Source: a virus
Lineage: Duplodnaviria; Caudoviricetes
DNA: 64,000 nucleotides
IMG/VR virus record: IMGVR_UViG_3300025689_000001
Coordinates: 58,746-122,745 of that record
Strand: one strand, 5' to 3'
Positions 13,950-24,810 of the stretch are shown piece after piece. Every line of letters begins with the position of its first letter. Position 1 is the stretch's first letter. Made by a program: the position numbers and the translations under genes. Below the pieces are notes generated by a model, which was not told the DNA's origin, ran no database searches, and was given only the letters and a program-made list of their open reading frames with translations.

Positions 13950-16052
13950 TTATTTTGCAGAAATCTTTGTTGAACCGTCCTTTGCAACCATTGAGCCAGA
14001 GCAGCCCTGCTTCATTTCCTTTTCTACTTCGTAGAAAGCAATCTCCATAGGAACACCATTTGGAGGAGTAGCTACTTCAACATCAAGGTTGAATGTTGTT
14101 GGGTCACCGTCTGCCTGAAGAGTCAAGGTCTGGTCAGACTTAATCTTACAAAGTGGAAGACTAATCTGAACTCTCTCATCTTCACCAGTTTCTCTCTCGC
14201 GGATAAGTGTCTCGCAGACAATCTTATACATACCTGGGAATACACCCTGCTCAACGAAAATCTTCTGAGCCTTAAGAGGATTCTGCTTAGTGCTCAAAGT
14301 AAGAGACTTCTTGTAGTAAGGCTCGCCCTGATGGAACCAATAGTCGTCATCATAAGGCTGCATAGTCTTTGGGTTAACATAAGCCCAGATAGCGCGGCTT
14401 AGATTATCTCTCTTGCAGCAAGGAGTGCAAGCGTTGTCTTCCTCTGCCTGACCAACCCATGATGGGTCGTCAAGTGTGTAGTCCTTACCAACAGCTTCCT
14501 TAACCATGTCAGGTTCTGCATCTTCGTCCATTGTAATAGTAAATGGACCTGCTTCAACGATTGCGCTAATAGAACCAGTCTCAAGAGAACCGAAGTCGTA
14601 ACCAACTCCACCGTATGCAGTTTCTGATGAGAAACCTAAGTTATATTTTTTAGCAAGTTTCAACATAACATCATTTTCATCAAGAACGCCATAAAGAGTA
14701 AATTCTTCAGCGGTTAAACCTGTGCCGATATCTGCGGTAAAAGTAGTGGTTTCATCAAGAATCTTGTCTTCTTCCCACTCTTCTCTTAAACCACCGCTTC
14801 CGAGTGTCCAGTTTGTAACATGAATCTTAGAACCTGCCTTTACAGTAAACTGAACATCTGTCTGAACTTCAGGGTCAACTACAACCTTAGCAACGCCAGG
14901 CTTTAAGCTCTTGTTTGCTCCTCTATCTTCAAGACCATGATGAATAACCTTTGGTCCAATATCAAAGATATTATTCTCATACTTAGTAATTAAGTAGTAA
15001 GAAAGAGCATTGATTGAATCAAATCTTACCCAAAGGTCAATATTTCTGAACTGGTCTGTATTAATCTAAGGAATCTCAACCCAAGCAGTATCTTCACCAG
15101 ATACGTGGTCTTCAACCTGTCTCTTCAAATCCCAGTCAACATTCTTTGCGCCAAGGTAAGCTCTGATTGAACCGTCCCAGCAAACACGAATCTTAAGATA
15201 AGGATAGTTATCAGCATCAGCAAGGTAGCCAAGTGCTACATCGTCTTCTGTTACTGTGCAAGCCTGAGTCTGCTCGCCCTGTTCAGCCTGCTTGTGATAA
15301 ATAATTCTTGCGCAAGGAGATTCATCTGAGTACTGGTCATAACCCCTAAGATAGATAATCTCATACTTAAAGGCTTCTGAAGGCTGATTAATGCCGACAG
15401 TCTGCATTCTCTTAATTGGGTATGACTTACCATAAATAGAGAAGAATCTATCTGGAACAACTGCAACGGATTTTACAGCTGTCTCAATTTCCAAATGCCA
15501 CTTATAAGGCTTGCCATCGACATAGCCAAAGCCCTTAATATTAACACCGTCAAGAATTGAAGAACGCTGTAAGTATACAGGGTCGCCGCTCTGGTCAAGA
15601 AGAATATCTTCCTTACCATCACGAGGAAGAAGATTACTTACTACTGCGTTGACAGTATCATTTCTTGGATAGAAAGCCTTCTCCATACGAGAAATTCTTT
15701 CAGTTGCACAGTCAAGGTTAACAAGACCTGTCTGGTGCTGAATGTGAGCATCCTTCCAATCTGCACTCAAAACGCCGCCCCAGCAAAGACCGAGAGAAGC
15801 AGGAGTGCAAAGTGCATCTTCAAGTGTTAAGTTAATTGTTTTTCCATAGTCCCAAGAGATAAGTCTTGAATTACCAAGACCACCCTGAGACCAGGTATTT
15901 TCAGCAGTTTTTTCAACTGTTGTAACCTTTAAAGTATCAAGGTAAAGTGCAGGAACGTAATAAACGTCACCAGAGCCATCCTCCTTTTTGTGAATACTGT
16001 AAATAGTTACGTCAGCAACTTCTTTAATACCATACTGGTCAAAAATATTCAC
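13950..16052 (-). CDS. Tail-tube-family paralogue 2
   Basis: 15066-16052 and 13950-14666 are in frame across the TAG at 15066-15068; same conserved motifs. Confidence 0.78.
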
Positions 16053-16084
16053 TATCTATTCACCTCACAATCTTATAGTAGAAA

Positions 16085-16112
16085 GTGCGCCAACCATCAC
16101 TGATTGGCGCAC
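16085..16112 (-). terminator. Probable intrinsic terminator after the major tail gene
   Basis: Inverted repeat AGTGCGCCAA...TTGGCGCACT followed by TTCT on the minus strand. Confidence 0.55.
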
Positions 16113-16120
16113 TGATTGCA

Positions 16121-19100
16121 TCAATACTCTGTTGCGCCGATTACCAATTCCTCATCTTCTCCACCGCTTACTTTATACATTTCAGCATCGTCAAGGAGGT
16201 TGAGGTTCTCAGTATCCTTAACCATTGTAGAGCCGTCATTCTCTTCATCGTTATCAACAACATCGAACTGAACAAACTTCATCATTACGCCGTTGTCTGG
16301 ACGAAGAACATCCATTGTGAAGCTGAATACTACAGGGTCACCATCTGCCTCAAGGGTAATTGATGTGCTTTCTGCGGACATCTTAGCTTCAGGAATGATG
16401 AACTGGAATCTCTGGTCCTCACCAGTAGCCTTGTCTCTTACAAGTGTCTCACCGACAACTCTGTAAGTGCCAGGGAACTTATCAGCAGAGATTTCAATTG
16501 TGTTACCAATGCTGTTGCCATCATATGCAACAGAACGAGTAAACTTGTAAATAACCTCGCCTTCTGCAATAGGTGTACCATCCTGGAATGGCTCCATTGT
16601 CTTAGGGTCGAAGTAAACTGCCTGAGCAGTAACGTTTCCTTCAGAAGGAGTACCTTCATGATTGCCAGCAGGGATAATGAAGTTACGCTTAGCTGTAATC
16701 TTCTCCATTCTGTCAATCATTGTTGTATCCTTTACGCCGTTCTTGAGGTCACCGTGCTCGCCAGCCCAAATAGCTGCCATTGAAGCAGGTGTGTAAAGAG
16801 CATCTTCGATTGAAAGAGTGATTTCCTTACCGTAGTCCCAAGTGATAAGCTTAGCATTACCACGACCACCAGTAGCATCAGTCTTCTCAGATGCCTGCTC
16901 AAGAGTAGAAACCTTCAAAGTATCAAGGAAGAGAACAGGAACGTAGCGGAGTACATTCTTCTTTGTTCTACGAATCTTGATTGAACCAACTGTGCAAGTT
17001 GCATCGAAAGTCTCGTCACAAACTGTGATATCCACTGTGTGGATAAGACCGTTCTTAACAATTCTCTCAGCCTGCTTGTCAGTGATGTAACCATTATCGT
17101 TAATCATCCAAGCTACCTTTTCAACATTCTTTGTGCAATGTCTGTTTACTACGAATACAAGACCGAATGTGCCGATAACTACAAGAGCAAGGAATGGAGT
17201 ACCTGCAAATACCTTATCCTGGTAGTAAAGTCTGTTGCCCTTCTTGTCATAGAACTCGAAGATACCAACCTTATCGCCGGCAAGTGCACGACCGTTAATA
17301 TTCTTAAGTAAGTAGATGTTTGCACGATTAGCAAGAACACCATTCTCAGCGTCAACATAGATTGCTCTATTTGACTCCATCTGAGCAGTTGAAGTAACTC
17401 TAATCTGTCCTACCTGACCATTTAAGTCTGCTGTAGAAAGTGCCTGAATTACACTGTCAAGATTGTAAAGTGAAGAAAGTTTCTTGCCAGTAATAACGTC
17501 ATTAAGTACTACACCATTAAGAGTGTAATCCTCATACTGTACGCCGCGACCAACATCGTCAAGAGGAGTTACAGACTGAGAAGCCTTACCAGTTACCTTA
17601 TAGCCACCGAATACACGAGTATATCCTGTTTCTGTAAAGTCTGCGGCGCCGTCAATAAGTTTCTTCTCTCCCTTAAGAGCGTCAATAGCATCATTAATAC
17701 TGTAATGAGTATCATCGCCCCATGTGTTAACAGCGTTATAAATACCAAGGTCAGTACCTCTCTTTGTCTTAGACCAGTCGCTGTAAGTTACACCATCAGG
17801 TGTGAAGAAACTTACCTTCTGTGTCTTCTTGTCAAGGTAGTAACCAAGCTGCTGAGGAAGGTAATAACCCATCTCATCTTCAACAAGAAGCTCAGCATAA
17901 TCTGTATAAGTAATATCATAAGCCTTAGCTTCGATTGTATCTCTCAATTCCTTGATTGCTTCATCAACCTCTTCAAGGTCGTAAAGGTTCTCAGAAATTC
18001 TACCAGAAAGACCAACAACTACAACTCTTTCCTTACCATTAGGAGCTGTTGCAAAGTTATCGTCAAATTCAAAACCGCCGAAGAGCTGGTCAGGATTTGC
18101 GAACTGATAACGTGTGCCAGCCTTTGTGATAAGGTTCTGGTTCTTAGCAAAGAGCATGCAAACCTGCTCAGGATATGAGAATTCGTGAGTACCAACTGCA
18201 CGGTCTCTGTCCATTGCGTAGTGACCTACATCTGCGCCTTCGCCAAGGTCATATCTACCAGTTGTCATTTCATCAGAAGATGTAAGAGTAGCTGTGAAGG
18301 AAATAAGGAACTTGTTGTAACCAAAATCTTCAACAACTTCAACTTCACCAACTGTGGTATTGCTTGCTGTCAAATCAGCAAGAGCACTTGAGATTTCTAC
18401 TGTAGCTGCAACAGTTACATTTTCGTCTGTCTCAGCAACGCCAAGAAGAGCAATAACCTGTGCTGCAGAAAGTGTGCCGCCCTTAGCTGCGTTTACGATT
18501 GCTTTTGTAGCTGCATCAAGAACAGCATTATCGAATGTGAAAGTAAGTGTACCTTCAACTTCGTTACCTGCTTCTACGCTTGGGTCGTAAGTAATACCAA
18601 CTGTAATAACACCAGTGAATGCATCTTCAGTTGCACTACCTGTTCTTACAGGCTGTGTAAGACGAACTACAACGCCAATGCTGTCGTAAAGACCCTTCTG
18701 AATAAGCTGGAATCTACCCATAATCTCTTCTGGAGTAGCATCAACAGGAGCAGTGAAAGTAATGTAACCCTCAGTAAGAGTATCATCTTCAAATGTAAGC
18801 TCACCATTGTCGCCAACATACTCAATAAGGTTAGCCTTAGTAATCTTATCAAATTCAACAGGAGCAACAAACTCTGAACGAAGAGTCATAATCTCGCGTG
18901 TGTTAATTGCACCGTCGATTTCCTTAGTAGTACCCTTACTAATAACAGAGCCGATATTGTCGCCACTGATACCAGTAATTACATAACCGTTAATAAGAAG
19001 TTCAGCAAGTCTGTCTCTGAGATTGCGATTTGTCTGCTTCTCAACAAGAGAAAGAATAGTTACATTCTCTGCATCGAAAAGGTTAGGAAGACCATCGCTG

Positions 19101-19504
19101 TCTTCGTCAGCGATAAGATAGTCCTTAATTGCTGCGAGAGTAACGCCTGAGATAACTTCGCCATCAGTAAATGGCTCTGTACCAGCAATAGCAGGATTCT
19201 CATTATCAACAAAGAGGGCTGAACCCTTAACTTCGATTACATCGTCACAGTCATAGTTAAAATGAGTAAGAACATCTGCATCCTTGAATACATATGCCTC
19301 ATAGCCTTCAGCTACGCCCTTGCCGTCCTCGTCAAGAGGATAAACCATATCTTTTACAAGAGCACCCTTGAGGATTGAGGAAATTGAGATTTTTCTCTGT
19401 GACTCATATGTTTCGTCCTTTCTTTCAATACGGTAAAGAGTTACGTCAGCAACTTCTTTAATGCCATATTTCTCAAAAAGATTCTGTGCCATGTTTGTCA
19501 TCAA
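16121..19504 (-). CDS. Probable major tail (tube-family) protein with a ~830-aa insertion
   Basis: 1127-aa ORF with no TAG; N-terminal YGIKEVADV and C-terminal PVLFLDTLKV...GGRGNAKLITWDYGK...LEADGDP; located between neck genes and tape measure; followed by a terminator hairpin. Confidence 0.7.
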   Translation of the reverse strand: MMTNMAQNLFEKYGIKEVADVTLYRIERKDETYESQRKISISSILKGALVKDMVYPLDEDGKGVAEGYEAYVFKDADVLTHFNYDCDDVIEVKGSALFVDNENPAIAGTEPFTDGEVISGVTLAAIKDYLIADEDSDGLPNLFDAENVTILSLVEKQTNRNLRDRLAELLINGYVITGISGDNIGSVISKGTTKEIDGAINTREIMTLRSEFVAPVEFDKITKANLIEYVGDNGELTFEDDTLTEGYITFTAPVDATPEEIMGRFQLIQKGLYDSIGVVVRLTQPVRTGSATEDAFTGVITVGITYDPSVEAGNEVEGTLTFTFDNAVLDAATKAIVNAAKGGTLSAAQVIALLGVAETDENVTVAATVEISSALADLTASNTTVGEVEVVEDFGYNKFLISFTATLTSSDEMTTGRYDLGEGADVGHYAMDRDRAVGTHEFSYPEQVCMLFAKNQNLITKAGTRYQFANPDQLFGGFEFDDNFATAPNGKERVVVVGLSGRISENLYDLEEVDEAIKELRDTIEAKAYDITYTDYAELLVEDEMGYYLPQQLGYYLDKKTQKVSFFTPDGVTYSDWSKTKRGTDLGIYNAVNTWGDDTHYSINDAIDALKGEKKLIDGAADFTETGYTRVFGGYKVTGKASQSVTPLDDVGRGVQYEDYTLNGVVLNDVITGKKLSSLYNLDSVIQALSTADLNGQVGQIRVTSTAQMESNRAIYVDAENGVLANRANIYLLKNINGRALAGDKVGIFEFYDKKGNRLYYQDKVFAGTPFLALVVIGTFGLVFVVNRHCTKNVEKVAWMINDNGYITDKQAERIVKNGLIHTVDITVCDETFDATCTVGSIKIRRTKKNVLRYVPVLFLDTLKVSTLEQASEKTDATGGRGNAKLITWDYGKEITLSIEDALYTPASMAAIWAGEHGDLKNGVKDTTMIDRMEKITAKRNFIIPAGNHEGTPSEGNVTAQAVYFDPKTMEPFQDGTPIAEGEVIYKFTRSVAYDGNSIGNTIEISADKFPGTYRVVGETLVRDKATGEDQRFQFIIPEAKMSAESTSITLEADGDPVVFSFTMDVLRPDNGVMMKFVQFDVVDNDEENDGSTMVKDTENLNLLDDAEMYKVSGGEDEELVIGATEY

Positions 19505-19519
19505 CCTCCTTTTTTAAAA

Positions 19520-20269
19520 TTAATCATCGGGATTTGCTCCCCAATATTTAGCTTTAATTTTCTTAGAATCTGCACCTGCGCAAAGCATTTGTATATCCTA
19601 AGTCCATTTTTCTCTCAACTGATGTCTCTATATCAATCCATAGAAAGCATAAATTGACTTGTTTTTATAGTCAATTCCAAATACTTCTGCAATCTCCATC
19701 AGGTCTGCTAAATCCTGAGCCCCACCTTGTTTCTACTACTACTTGCGCTTAACTGCATCGCGCTATTCTGCTGCCAATCGCATCTTACGAGCGAATGGTG
19801 ACTCATTTTCTGGCGGCGGCACTGGAACCTTTTTTCGATTTTGAAGGTTTAGAATCGTCTAAAAATCAATGAAATTTTTCTCAGTGATTAGGCGTTTTTC
19901 AGCCATTGGACCAATAAGGACCGAGTTGATTTTAGGAAGTAATGTAATCTCTTCCTTAATAAAAGTAGCGAAAGCAGCTTGGAGCTCTAAATAAAAACTA
20001 TCATTAGCTTGCGCTGACTTTAAAAGAAATGGAAGAGGAGACAAGTCCGTGTTTTCATTAACTTCGACTCCCTTCTCTTCCATTATTTTTCTTATTTCGT
20101 CGGAGGTTAACAACAACATACCTAAACGAGAACTATATACATTACTTCCCATTTTCAACATTTCTCCGACGAGAACAGGGTGAACATAGCAGACTCCTGG
20201 AAGCCGTGAGGGGTAGCCTGCATACGCCTGTTCTTTTATAACAGTCATTTCATTAGCTGAAATTGACAA
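19520..20269 (-). CDS. Hypothetical neck/tail assembly protein (TAG-recoded, three consecutive TAG)
   Basis: ORF 19859-20269 continues through TAGs (including TAGTAGTAG at 19733-19741) to TAA 19520. Confidence 0.7.
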
Positions 20270-20765
20270 TTTGGAACCTCATCAAATAACTTCCTGTTTG
20301 GTTAGTAAGAGATGAGATATCAAAACCAAGATACTTGATTTCACCAAGACCATTGATTCGTTTATTTTGGAGAGATTTACGAATCTCTGACATTATCGCA
20401 AATGGACGAAGCTGATTGCCAGCAATAATCCACTCCTTATAAGGACAATAGCAATAAACAAGAAGTGTTACTGCTTCATGTGCATTTTCATCTGTAACCT
20501 CTGAACCAGAGAAAACAAGAACAAGTTTACTTGCTGTTGTTTCGTCCTCTGAAGTTACAAGTGGAACAATTCTTATATTTTTACCAAAAAGCTCATTTAT
20601 TGTATCTTCAATATCAGGATGCAAATCTGGATTGATTGGGTCCAAATCTGTATTAATCAAGAGCTTACATAAATTCTGATTATCCAAGAGCTTTTTAGCT
20701 ATCTTACCTAAATTCGGACCGAGTTCCTGTCCGTAGTTAACCTATGATAACATTGATGTATCCAT
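20253..20765 (-). CDS. Putative tail terminator/neck protein
   Basis: ATG 20765 with one TAG near the start; assignment from position and size. Confidence 0.55.
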
Positions 20766-20767
20766 TG

Positions 20768-21412
20768 TCAATCAACTCCTTTCCTCTTATTCAAAGCGTT
20801 TAAGAAGAAATTATCATCCTCTCCAACTGGCAAGTCTTGAGATGTTTTAGGCTCTGGCGGCGAAACAAGGTATTCAGCAATTGAAACTAAAGCAACGCCA
20901 TCAATGCTTAAATTATCTTTACCGACTATCTCCCATCCTCTACCTTTGTAGTCAAAATACAAGTTTTTCTACAAGAAGTCTTCGTCTTTAGTAATAAACT
21001 TTCTATGAGCTAACGGCTCCCTATAAGAAACAGCACCATAGGAAGTGAATTTGTCTTGAACATAAACAGATGTTTCACTTACAAACTTCGCCGGGATAGT
21101 ACGTATTGTATCTCCATAAGCGTCAGTATTGTTAATAAATGAATCGAGTTTAATTGCTTCATATTTCTGATAGCCATGAGACAAATCCTCACTAACCATC
21201 ATTATAATATAAAACTCGTCTAACTCTGCATCTTTAACTTTCTGAAAGGTTCTAAGTATATCACCTGTCTTAAATTTCTGAGCAGATGTTGAACAAAGAA
21301 TATTGGAGAGAATCTGTTCTTGTTTCCACTTCGCCGGCTGAATATTACATGGAATTTCAATCGGCTCACCGTTGAGCTGATAAATACAAGCCAAGTACTT
21401 ACTCTTTGGCAT
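20768..21412 (-). CDS. Putative head-closure/neck protein
   Basis: 20969-21412 and 20768-20962 are in frame across a TAG; assignment from position. Confidence 0.55.
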
Positions 21413-21519
21413 TTTGATTCTATCAAACTCACGTTCTTTGCTTGTTCTTACTCTCTCCTAAATTGTTGTACCATCTTTGTTCATTCTTTTCAAATAACAA
21501 TCTGTAAAATAATTCCCTG

Positions 21520-21792
21520 TCATATTACATCAATCCTGTCAATTAAGTTCATACATTCAAAAATTGTCTTTCTGAAGTATTTATAAGACAGGTATCTGCA
21601 TCGGGAAAGTTTAGCCACGAGAATGTAGTAGTCATAACTGCGGTCATCATTCGGTGCCAAATCAGTTAAATCAACTAAAATGTTGTCAAGAAAATCTTCC
21701 CATGACCCATCTTTTTCTTTTTCACAGAGAAGTCCGTAAAGACGGTTCTTCAAGACTTCTTTGTGTTTAGCGGCGAAATCTTGCTTGTCCAC
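21520..21792 (-). CDS. Hypothetical protein
   Basis: GTG start after SD GGAGGAGGTG. Confidence 0.6.
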   Translation of the reverse strand: MDKQDFAAKHKEVLKNRLYGLLCEKEKDGSWEDFLDNILVDLTDLAPNDDRSYDYYILVAKLSRCRYLSYKYFRKTIFECMNLIDRIDVI

Positions 21793-22246
21793 GTCTTGCA
21801 CCTCCTCCTGATAATTTCTTATAATCAAAAGTACGATGTTGTGGTGAACGATAGTAATTTGCTTCAAGCTATCTTGCATCAGCAGTAACCTAATCTTTTA
21901 ACTTAATAAAGTTACTTAAAAGGTTAGCTTGTGAGAAATCCGCTTCATCATACTGTGTTTTAATATTTTCCCAAGAATCAACCGTTCTTTTAAGCCACTC
22001 TTGCTTCATGAAAGTTGCAAGCACCTGTATTTCAGCTTGTCCCATCTTTTCATCGGTGAAACACTGATGCTCTTCATCAATGTCCAGGCGGCATCTCGGG
22101 AACTTAAAATAAGGTATAGCGGAATTAAGGAAGGCTCTCCAATCAAGGAGAAACCATTCCAAATCTTCCTATGAGTAGCTATGTGACCAGTCGTCTTCAT
22201 TAACTTTTGCTAAGAACGCTCCATAAACGTCCATTAAAGTAACCAT
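21767..22246 (-). CDS. Putative head-tail adaptor protein (TAG-recoded)
   Basis: ATG 22246, three in-frame TAGs, TAA 21767; assignment from position downstream of the capsid genes. Confidence 0.6.
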
Positions 22247-22258
22247 TCACATCACCCA

Positions 22259-22795
22259 TTATCGAGGGCTGAATACACCTTCAGGTCTCTTTTCTTCCTT
22301 ACCTGCGTTTGCTTTTTCAGCATCAGCCTCAAGTCTCTTTCTTGCAATCATTGCAATAACATCTTTTCCGCTTCTCTCTTTCAAGTAGTTAACCTTATCA
22401 TTATCAATTAAGTTATGCTCAACAGCATACTTAACTACTTCGTTAACCTGCTCAAGAGAAACTGTATCCATCTCCTTCTTAAAGTCATCAAGACTTCTAA
22501 CCTTAAGAAGAGTCAAAATCTGTTCAGGTGTAAGAACCTTAATATTTGTTGGAGCTTTTGCGTCAGGACTTTCAAGTCCAAGGTCAATCTTGGTCTGCAT
22601 ATCATCAATATAAAGCTGACCAGTCTTAATCATGTACTGAAAACCATTATCCTATAAAAGCTGTTCTACCGTTTCGAAGGGGAGCATCTGAACAACGCCT
22701 TTACCAGGAAATTCTCTTTTAATTCCATAAGCAGGAGCATAAATTTCAGTTGTCTTTGCAACTGTGCTTCTGAGTTTTACCATTCTTGTTTCCAT
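22259..22795 (-). CDS. Hypothetical head-associated protein
   Basis: ATG 22795 with SD AGGAGG; one TAG at 22652-22654. Confidence 0.7.
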
Positions 22796-22889
22796 TATTA
22801 AATTCCTCCTTTAATCTCAATAATAAAAGGGCAGGTGAGAATTCTCACCCACCCCTTTTAATCACGTATTCTTACTTACTTAACCGAAA

Positions 22890-24023
22890 TTACTTTGTGT
22901 AAGGAGCAAAGTCATGTGGGTTAAGGTTGTTTTCATAACTTGCAGATGGAAGTACTGCAAGCGCCTTATTCTCATATACGCACCAGTCATTTGTTGTAAG
23001 AATAGCTACACCGAACTTCTTGTAGATTTCAATCTCCATCTGACGGTCTCTGTGCTGCCAATCTCTTACATCTGTATCGCCCTCGAATACAACCTTGATA
23101 ATCTTCTGGTTGCCAGCAGGGAAGATAAATGCGTACTGAGGAGGTACCTGGTATGTATCGTTATTCTCATCAACAAATGCCTGAGGAAGCTGAACGATAG
23201 GAGTACCACGGAACATTGTGATATAACCTGTAGCGGCAATTGAAGCAATGTCGTTAGGGTTATAAACAGGAGTTGCATAACCAGGCTGCTGACCAGCAGT
23301 TGGTGTTGCAGGAAGTGCATAAGGACCATAAATAGGCATACCAATTGCATCAGGACCCATTTCCTGTACGAACTCAGGAGTTGCGAAGATTACAGCATTA
23401 CCGCCGCCATAGTTCTTAGCAATTGTGCAAAGTCTCTGCATCTGAGCTGGGTCAAAGTTAGTTGTAGATGCAATGTTTGCTGCAGGCATATCGCTGTTCT
23501 GAGTTGCTGCGATAAGTGCCTTAAGAAGCTCTCTGTAGATAGCCTCCTGGAGACCATCAAGAAGGAGCTGAAGTGGTTCAACAAGGTCTTCAGAACCATC
23601 AAGTGTACGCTCGAAGTCGATGTATGCAGCTCCGCCGTAAGCCTTAGCGCTTACTTCGAAGGTGTCAACATCAAGTCTGAATGCCTCGTATACACCTGCA
23701 AGACCTACTTCTGTAACGAAAGTCTTTGCACGTCTACGACCACGCTTTACGATGAATGAAGCTCTCTGACCGTTTGGTACAGACTTAATCTCAGCGAACT
23801 GACCGATAAAGTTGCCAACGTAATCAGGAAGAACCTCGTCAAAAGATTCCTGGATAATCTGGAAGATTTCGAGCTTATTCTTTTCATACTCGTACTTGTT
23901 AGGAGCAAGAGCCTTGAGTTCTGCTCTTAAAGTTTCCTTTACATCCTTAACGCTGAATTCAGTAGCAGGGGAAGTGCCTTTGAACGCATGAATATAAAGG
24001 TCACGGATATCATTTTTATTCAT
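22890..24023 (-). CDS. Major capsid protein
   Basis: 377 aa, no TAG, canonical position after portal, scaffold and decoration genes; followed by a terminator hairpin (~22826-22858). Confidence 0.85.
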   Translation of the reverse strand: MNKNDIRDLYIHAFKGTSPATEFSVKDVKETLRAELKALAPNKYEYEKNKLEIFQIIQESFDEVLPDYVGNFIGQFAEIKSVPNGQRASFIVKRGRRRAKTFVTEVGLAGVYEAFRLDVDTFEVSAKAYGGAAYIDFERTLDGSEDLVEPLQLLLDGLQEAIYRELLKALIAATQNSDMPAANIASTTNFDPAQMQRLCTIAKNYGGGNAVIFATPEFVQEMGPDAIGMPIYGPYALPATPTAGQQPGYATPVYNPNDIASIAATGYITMFRGTPIVQLPQAFVDENNDTYQVPPQYAFIFPAGNQKIIKVVFEGDTDVRDWQHRDRQMEIEIYKKFGVAILTTNDWCVYENKALAVLPSASYENNLNPHDFAPYTK

Positions 24024-24045
24024 TACTTTCTCACCTCTCCTTCAA

Positions 24046-24810
24046 TTAAAGTGTTGCGCCGTTAAGAATCTGGAACATAAATGAGCATGTTCTGTCGGCG
24101 TTATCATAAGCTGCTACAACCTGAGCAAGAATGATGTCTTCATCCTCATCAGGTGTAATACCAATTACAAACTCACCGTCTGAACCGTCACGAACTGCGG
24201 CGTAAAGCGGAATGTTAGGATTTGCATGAATGTAGTTCTTAACCTGGAGCCACATATCATAAGAATCAGCAGTTGCAGTGAAGCCACTGAAGTCAATAGC
24301 AGGAGCAGCCTGTCCGTTAAATGCAACAGCATTAGCGATTGCAGCAGTTGTATCCCACTGTACTGTGTTTGTAGTAATTCTCTCGCCTGCCTCAACATAA
24401 CCAATTCTTGGGAGCCAATCCTCTGTTGTCAAGAAGAAGTTTCTTCTCTGAGGAGCAAACTGATTGTAGAGCTTTTCAGTTGAGTAGTTAACACCTACAC
24501 GAAGTCCTGCTGCCTTACCAGCCTTTGTAGGAACCTGAGCAAGGTAGTTATGCTTATCAACCATAAGGAATGCACCATTCTGTGCAACAATCTTTGTAGC
24601 GTCGCCTGCGCCAGGAGTTGTCTCTCTTACGAAAACTGTGAGAGGAGCAACCTGAGCATCGGAGAACTCTCTTGGGTCAAGTCTGCTCTGTGCTTCAACC
24701 ATACCAGCTCTATCGAACCAAACCTGGTTAGGCTCGATCTGGCCATAGTTGAGACCCTTAGCACTATTTCCGTTACGGTAAAGACCGCGGTCAAATTTTA
24801 CCAAAGCCAT
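24046..24810 (-). CDS. Putative capsid decoration/cement protein
   Basis: 254 aa between scaffold and major capsid genes; no TAG. Confidence 0.6.
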   Translation of the reverse strand: MALVKFDRGLYRNGNSAKGLNYGQIEPNQVWFDRAGMVEAQSRLDPREFSDAQVAPLTVFVRETTPGAGDATKIVAQNGAFLMVDKHNYLAQVPTKAGKAAGLRVGVNYSTEKLYNQFAPQRRNFFLTTEDWLPRIGYVEAGERITTNTVQWDTTAAIANAVAFNGQAAPAIDFSGFTATADSYDMWLQVKNYIHANPNIPLYAAVRDGSDGEFVIGITPDEDEDIILAQVVAAYDNADRTCSFMFQILNGATL

